From positions 1 to 52,215 of the forward strand of contig CALMUD010000108.1 in the NCBI GenBank assembly GCA_937872735.1: a DNA stretch of 52,215 bases. Direction: 5' to 3'. Numbering within the stretch: the stretch's first letter is position 1; every line of letters starts with the position of its first letter. The translations under genes were made by a program, and so were the position numbers. The notes beneath the pieces were generated by a model. The model was not told the DNA's origin and searched no databases. It saw only the letters and a program-made list of their open reading frames with translations. Shown here one piece after another: positions 46,720 through 52,215 of the stretch. The DNA is from an uncultured Bacteroidales bacterium. Its GTDB lineage: Bacteria; Bacteroidota; Bacteroidia; Bacteroidales; Paludibacteraceae.

Positions 46720-47745
46720 ATGAAAAAATTTGTATGGATAGTAGCGGCCATTCTGTTAACAGGATGTACACATAAAAACCAACTACCAACGGGAATAGAA
46801 CCTGTAAGGGTAAAAACAATGCAATCGGAGTCCGGAACAATAACGGACTGCAACAAATATATAGGTACCATAGAAGAATCAGCGTCCATTCCGCTCAGTT
46901 TCGCCGTTCCTGGCACCATACAAAAGGTTCTGGTTGATGATGGCAGCCCTGTGAGAGAAGGGCAAGTCCTTGCCATTATTGACAAAACCAGCTTGCAAAA
47001 TACCTATTCTGCGGCAAGGGCAACATTGTTGCAAGCCGAAGACGGATATAGAAGACTCAAAAGTCTATACGATAAAGGCAGCCTGAGTGATGTGAAATAT
47101 GTGGAAATACAGACCAAACTGGAACAGGCCAAATCGGCAGCCGAACTGGCAAAAAAGAACTTGGAAGACGGGACGCTAAAAGCTCCCGCCAGCGGTGTCA
47201 TTGCTGATTGCGAGGCCAAGAATGGAGCTAACGTAATGCCTGGCATCAAAGTGATGAATTTGGTACAGACCAACACGGTATTCGTTAAAATATCCATTCC
47301 TGAAGAGGAAATTGACAATGTGAAGGAAGGAGCTTCTTACTCTTTCTCGGTCAATGCCATACCAGGAAAGACATTCAAGGGTATTGTGACAAACAAAAGT
47401 ATCACTGCCAATCCGCTGTCACACTCTTACGAAATCAAACTGACCGTAAACAATGCGAGGGGGGAACTGAGACCTGGCATGACTTGCCAAATGAATATGA
47501 AAAAAGGAAAAGGGAACAATCACTCCACTCTGATTGTACTGCCTCAGCAAGCTATATTTATGGACGAGAACAACAAGGCATACGTTTGGACTATTGAGGA
47601 TGGAAAAGCGAAACGCAGATATGTGGAGTTAGGAGACCTGACAGCCCAGGGGGTCACCATTACAGACGGGTTGACAAATAATGACATTGTGATAACCGAA
47701 GGACAAAACAAGGTAAGCGATGGTACTAAAGTGAAAGCATTATGA
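46720..47745 (+). CDS. RND efflux periplasmic adaptor (membrane fusion protein), lipoprotein
   Basis: Lipobox LLTGC after the MKKFVWIVAAI start at ATG 46720. Has the HlyD-type layout of lipoyl, coiled-coil and beta-barrel regions. The stop overlaps the next ATG (ATGA). Confidence 0.85.
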   Translation: MKKFVWIVAAILLTGCTHKNQLPTGIEPVRVKTMQSESGTITDCNKYIGTIEESASIPLSFAVPGTIQKVLVDDGSPVREGQVLAIIDKTSLQNTYSAARATLLQAEDGYRRLKSLYDKGSLSDVKYVEIQTKLEQAKSAAELAKKNLEDGTLKAPASGVIADCEAKNGANVMPGIKVMNLVQTNTVFVKISIPEEEIDNVKEGASYSFSVNAIPGKTFKGIVTNKSITANPLSHSYEIKLTVNNARGELRPGMTCQMNMKKGKGNNHSTLIVLPQQAIFMDENNKAYVWTIEDGKAKRRYVELGDLTAQGVTITDGLTNNDIVITEGQNKVSDGTKVKAL

Positions 47746-50700
47746 AAGAGAAAAAATCCAACTTTATAGAGACGGCAATGCACTATCACCAGATAGTTAT
47801 GTTGCTGACAGGCATATTAGTAGCATTTGGTATCTGGGCCCTTATAAACATACCAAAAAACGAATTTCCTAATTTCACCATTCGGCAGGGCGTGGTGGTG
47901 GTGGTGTATCCTGGTGCCACATCGGCAGAGGTGGAAGAACAAGTAACCAAACCTATGGAAAAATTTCTTTGGAGATACAAAGAGATAAAAAAGAGAAAAA
48001 CCTACACACAGAGTCGTGACGGAATGGCCATCATCTATGTTGAACTGAACGATGACATAACGGATAAGGATGAGTTCTGGAGCAAATTCAAGCATGGTGT
48101 GGAATCCTACAAACAGCAATTACCTACGGGGGTGGCCGCTGTGCTGGTCAATGACGATTTTGGCGACACTTCGGCTTTGTTGATAGCCATGGAAAGCGAC
48201 CAAAAGGACTACAGGCAGATGAATACCTACATGGACGAGCTGGAGGACAGATTGCGGAGGATTGAGGCTTTGGCCAATGTAAGAAAATACGGCTGTCAAT
48301 CAGAACAGATAGGCATTTATCTGAACCAGGAAAAAACAGCAGAATACGGACTTTCATCTTCCATGCTGGCTGGCAATCTGCTGTCACAGAGCATTACAAC
48401 TGTCAGCGGCGCTGTCAACAACAGAATGACTAAAATACCATTACATGTAAAGAGAAGCTACGACAGCGAATACGACATTGCCCAGCAAATAATCTACACC
48501 GACCCGACTGGTCACCTTATCCGTCTAAAAGATATCGCTGACATTCGGCGGGAATATCCCGACAAATCGGACTACATTACCTACAATGGAAAAAAATGCG
48601 TACTGCTGTCCGTTGAGATGAACCATGGCAACAACATTGTCGATTTTGGCAAAGAAGTGAATAATGTCATCTCCGATTACCAAAAAACACTGCCTAACGA
48701 TGTTCACATTTACAAGATAACTGACCAAAGTCAGGTAGTGGGCGACTCCATTATCAATTTCCTTCGGGAACTGCTGATTGCCGTAGTTGCCGTAATGGTG
48801 GTGATTATGCTGCTGATGCCAATGCGTATTGCTGGAGTGGCTGCCAGTTCCATTCCTATCACCATTTTCATTTCCATTGGCATATTCATGATGGTGGGCA
48901 TTGAGTTGAACACTGTCACGCTGGCTGCTCTGATTGTGACACTGGGTATGATTGTAGACAACTCCATAGTGATAATAGACAGTTATGTGGAAAAGCTGGC
49001 AAGCGGAATGAGCCGCTGGCATGCAGCCAGCACCAGTGCCAAAGAATTTCTGAGTTCCATTTTCAGTGCCACTTTGGCTATCAGCATCACCTTCTTCCCT
49101 TTTCTGCTCACCATGAAAGGTATGTTCCATGATTTTCTGTTGTCATTTCCCACCTCCATCAGCATTGTTCTTGGAGTTTCTCTATTGGTGGCTATCTTTA
49201 TTATACCTTATCTGCAATACTTGTTTATCAAGAATGGCACGAAAAAGAAAAAGAACGGAAACAAAACTGTACTGGAGAGGGTGCAGAACGGGTACGACAA
49301 AACAATAGAAACCTGTTTCCGCCATCCTTACCTCATATTGGGATGCGGCACCGCAATCATAATTGGAGGCATTCTGCTGTTCAATAAGCTGCCTCAGCGC
49401 CTGATGCCTGTAGCCGAACGCAACCAATTTGCAGTGGAAATAACATTACCCGAAGGAACGGCTGTAGAAAAGACAGCGACTATTGCTGACAGTTTGGAAC
49501 ATATATTACGAAAAGACAAACGGGTAAAATCGATCACCTCATTCATTGGATGCAGTTCTCCCCGTTTTCATACAGCATACGCACCCAGCATAGCAGGCAG
49601 CAACTATGCCCAATTCATAGTAAACACCTCAGATGATAAGGCGACGGTTGACTTGCTCAACCATTATGCCCCTATCTACACCGACTATTTTCCTGAAGCG
49701 ATGGTCCGATTCAAACAGATGGAATACTCGGATGCCAACATTCCTATAGAAATAAGACTGCAAGGTGACAATGCTGCGGAACTGAGAAGGATGAACGACT
49801 CCATTATGCGCAGATTGCGCCAACATCCCGACCTGATTCTGGTTCGGTCCAGTTTGCTGGACCTGACGCCCGGAATAGCGGTAAATCTGAATGGAGACGA
49901 GGCTACCCGGCTTGGCATCAGCAAAACCGCAACATCCGTAGGTTTAGCCAGCCGTTTCAGCGATGGTGTCCCTATCTCGACACTTTGGGAGGGCGATTAT
50001 CCGCTCAGTGTTGTATTAAAAAATGACAAATGCCGCCAAATGAATGCCGATGAACTGGGAAATACTTACCTGCCCACGATGATACCTGGCAACAACATTC
50101 CTCTAAGACAAGTCGCCAATGTAAAACCCGAATGGACTGACGGACAGATAACCAGACGAAATGGAATTCAGACAGTATGCGTATATGCCGATGTCCGCCG
50201 AAACGTTAACGTCAACGATGCCACAAAGAGGGTGATGCGGGAAATGCAAGAGGTGAAAATACCCGAAGGGGTGACTCTAAGCTATGGCGGAGCTCAAGAA
50301 AGCGATAATGAGACACTGCCAAACATCATCTCAGCTTTGGTTATCTCCGTTTTCATCATCTTTTTCATTTTATTGTTCCATTTCCGAAACGTAAAATTGA
50401 CGCTGTTGCTGATAAGCACCATGATTATAGCGCTGCCAGGAGCAGCGATAGGACTGGGCATAACTGGTATGGACGTTAGCATGACCAGTATATTGGGTAT
50501 TGTGAGTCTGATGGGTATTCTTTCCCGTAACGGTATCATTATGGTGGACTATGCCGAAGACTTGCGCAAAAAACAGGGGCTCTCGGTTTACGATGCCATA
50601 CTCAACTCCGCCAAACGCCGTATGCGCCCTATATTTCTGACCAGCGCGGCGGCATCTATGGGCGTAATTCCTATGATGATAGGTGGCAGTTCTCTCTGGA

Positions 50701-50813
50701 GTCCACTCGGATCTGTGGTGTTTTTTGGCACATTCGTTTCCATGATATTGATAATAACCATGTTGCCAATAGCCTATTGGAAAATATTCACTCATAAACA
50801 ACAAACACGATGA
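47742..50813 (+). CDS. RND efflux transporter permease (AcrB/HAE family)
   Basis: 1023 aa with the 12-TM architecture and two large periplasmic loops. The stop is ATGA-coupled to the downstream gene. Confidence 0.9.
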   Translation: MKEKKSNFIETAMHYHQIVMLLTGILVAFGIWALINIPKNEFPNFTIRQGVVVVVYPGATSAEVEEQVTKPMEKFLWRYKEIKKRKTYTQSRDGMAIIYVELNDDITDKDEFWSKFKHGVESYKQQLPTGVAAVLVNDDFGDTSALLIAMESDQKDYRQMNTYMDELEDRLRRIEALANVRKYGCQSEQIGIYLNQEKTAEYGLSSSMLAGNLLSQSITTVSGAVNNRMTKIPLHVKRSYDSEYDIAQQIIYTDPTGHLIRLKDIADIRREYPDKSDYITYNGKKCVLLSVEMNHGNNIVDFGKEVNNVISDYQKTLPNDVHIYKITDQSQVVGDSIINFLRELLIAVVAVMVVIMLLMPMRIAGVAASSIPITIFISIGIFMMVGIELNTVTLAALIVTLGMIVDNSIVIIDSYVEKLASGMSRWHAASTSAKEFLSSIFSATLAISITFFPFLLTMKGMFHDFLLSFPTSISIVLGVSLLVAIFIIPYLQYLFIKNGTKKKKNGNKTVLERVQNGYDKTIETCFRHPYLILGCGTAIIIGGILLFNKLPQRLMPVAERNQFAVEITLPEGTAVEKTATIADSLEHILRKDKRVKSITSFIGCSSPRFHTAYAPSIAGSNYAQFIVNTSDDKATVDLLNHYAPIYTDYFPEAMVRFKQMEYSDANIPIEIRLQGDNAAELRRMNDSIMRRLRQHPDLILVRSSLLDLTPGIAVNLNGDEATRLGISKTATSVGLASRFSDGVPISTLWEGDYPLSVVLKNDKCRQMNADELGNTYLPTMIPGNNIPLRQVANVKPEWTDGQITRRNGIQTVCVYADVRRNVNVNDATKRVMREMQEVKIPEGVTLSYGGAQESDNETLPNIISALVISVFIIFFILLFHFRNVKLTLLLISTMIIALPGAAIGLGITGMDVSMTSILGIVSLMGILSRNGIIMVDYAEDLRKKQGLSVYDAILNSAKRRMRPIFLTSAAASMGVIPMMIGGSSLWSPLGSVVFFGTFVSMILIITMLPIAYWKIFTHKQQTR

Positions 50814-52174
50814 ACAAAACTGGCATAATAATACTGATGGGTCTGACCTTGGTCTGCAATGGAGTGGCTCAAAGAGAAATGACATTGGAACAGTGCAAAG
50901 AGATGGCTGCCAAAAACAATAAAAAAATGAGACTAAGCCAATGTCAAACAGAGGCTGCCAAAGAACAGAAAAAAGAGGCTTTCACGAATTACTTTCCTAA
51001 AATATCGGCAACCGGACTCGCCTTCAAGGCTAACGATGACCTCATGAATGGTAATGTGGATTTGAGCGGAATGGAAAGCAATATGGGCAGCACACTAGGC
51101 CCCGCTTTGGCCAATCTGGGTATCGACCCGGCTTCACTACCCACATCGGTCAAGGTATCGGCCCTCAACAAGGGTTACATGGCTTCGGTAATGGCCGTAC
51201 AGCCAGTGTATGCCGGTGGACAAATAATTAATGGCAACAAACTGGCAAACATCGGAATAGAAGTAGCCGAACTACAGGAAAAACAGGCCTGCAACGAGGT
51301 CAATGCCAAAGTGGAACAATATTACTACACCCTTATTAATTTACGAGAAAAAAGGCATACTCTTGACACTATGGATAAACAGTTGACTCATATTTTGGCC
51401 GATGTGCAAAATTATTTGGATGCTGGATTGTGTGAACGTAACGACTTGCTAAATGTGCAATTGAAACAGGATGAACTGAAATCGGGGATGCTAAAACTTG
51501 ACAATGGCATCAAAATAACACGGATGCTGTTGGCTCAACAAATGGGAATGGACAAAGACAGTTTCAACATTTCAGAAGGTATAAACAGTATAATGGAAAC
51601 GCCAGAAAGCCAGAGAGTAAATACAGATAGCGCAGTAAGCAACAGAACAGAATATAAACTGATGGACAAAAACATTGAAGCTAACGCACTGCAAACAAAG
51701 ATAAAGAGAGGAGGGTTTCTGCCAACAGTTGCAATAGGCGGCACCGTGTTCAATCACGATTTGGCAAAAGACCTTTTTGGAGAAAGTTCAACAGGAGCAA
51801 TGGTGTTTGTGTCGGCCTCCGTTCCTATCAGTGACTGGTGGGGTGGGTCTCACGCCATCAGACAAATGAAACAGGAAGGACAGATAGCCATGCTGCAAAA
51901 AGAAGATGGTGAAGAGATGCTGAGCATACAAATACAGCAGACTTACAACGAGATGGAAGAGGCATACAACCAACTGCAGGTAGCTCAACATTCTGTAACT
52001 GAAGCAAAAGAAAACTACAGACTCAATTACGACTATTACAAGGCGGGAACCGCCACACTTACTGACTTGTTGAACGCAGAATCGGCCATGCAGCAAACGC
52101 TGGACAGACAAACCGAGGCGATGACCACTTACCTGATAAAACAAGGAACTTATCAACGAGCCATAGGGAACTAA
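50810..52174 (+). CDS. TolC-family outer-membrane efflux protein
   Basis: 454 aa with a signal peptide and two tandem OEP repeats bearing coiled-coil heptads. Third gene of the tripartite pump. Confidence 0.85.
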   Translation: MNKTGIIILMGLTLVCNGVAQREMTLEQCKEMAAKNNKKMRLSQCQTEAAKEQKKEAFTNYFPKISATGLAFKANDDLMNGNVDLSGMESNMGSTLGPALANLGIDPASLPTSVKVSALNKGYMASVMAVQPVYAGGQIINGNKLANIGIEVAELQEKQACNEVNAKVEQYYYTLINLREKRHTLDTMDKQLTHILADVQNYLDAGLCERNDLLNVQLKQDELKSGMLKLDNGIKITRMLLAQQMGMDKDSFNISEGINSIMETPESQRVNTDSAVSNRTEYKLMDKNIEANALQTKIKRGGFLPTVAIGGTVFNHDLAKDLFGESSTGAMVFVSASVPISDWWGGSHAIRQMKQEGQIAMLQKEDGEEMLSIQIQQTYNEMEEAYNQLQVAQHSVTEAKENYRLNYDYYKAGTATLTDLLNAESAMQQTLDRQTEAMTTYLIKQGTYQRAIGN

Positions 52175-52215
52175 GCACCTCTATTGTTAGAGATTTTAAA
52201 ACGGACGATTTCAGA

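Noticed and set aside
48525-50885. Minus-strand ORFs of 201 aa and 171 aa inside the RND permease and TolC genes.
   Set aside because: They are embedded antisense in a clearly recognisable AcrB-family gene, and their His/Asn-rich composition is implausible for a real protein.
1-52215. Looked for integrases, transposases, IS inverted repeats, tRNA-flanked direct repeats, toxin-antitoxin pairs, restriction-modification pairs and cas genes.
   Set aside because: None is recognisable. tRNA-Lys (4194-4266) has no duplicated 3' half nearby. The window therefore shows no supported mobile element or canonical defence island.

Overview
This 52.2-kb window is a Bacteroidota (Bacteroidales-like) chromosomal segment. 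The phylum call rests on a T9SS C-terminal sorting domain, TAnnTTTG -7 promoter motifs, PPi-dependent PFK and DUF349; the species cannot be determined from the sequence alone. It is densely coding and mostly core housekeeping. Core genes include CcsBA, tRNA-Lys, RluA-family and RlmB RNA-modification enzymes, an ABC-F ATPase, PurC, PhoH, MenC/MenB, PheS, Tex, TrmD, ApbE, DnaJ/GrpE, RluB, PPi-PFK and an AraC-linked RND efflux pump. I saw no CRISPR array, rRNA, integrase, transposase or recognisable defence island. Bases 1-47 are an Illumina adapter remnant, not biology. The stretches worth a second look are: (1) RluB carrying 19 tandem GGYG(D/N)NRG units; (2) a tightly coupled operon of a 3'-5' exonuclease, a stand-alone DUF2156 protein and an Eis-like GNAT; (3) an AT-rich orphan gene between trmD and apbE with a possible His-Me-finger nuclease motif; (4) five tandem paralogous small outer-membrane beta-barrel genes with traces of recent duplication; (5) a translationally coupled secreted pair, a beta-helix protein plus a T9SS protein with three FFDxDPGxGxG modules. 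None can be called a new system from sequence alone; all functional ideas are marked as inference.
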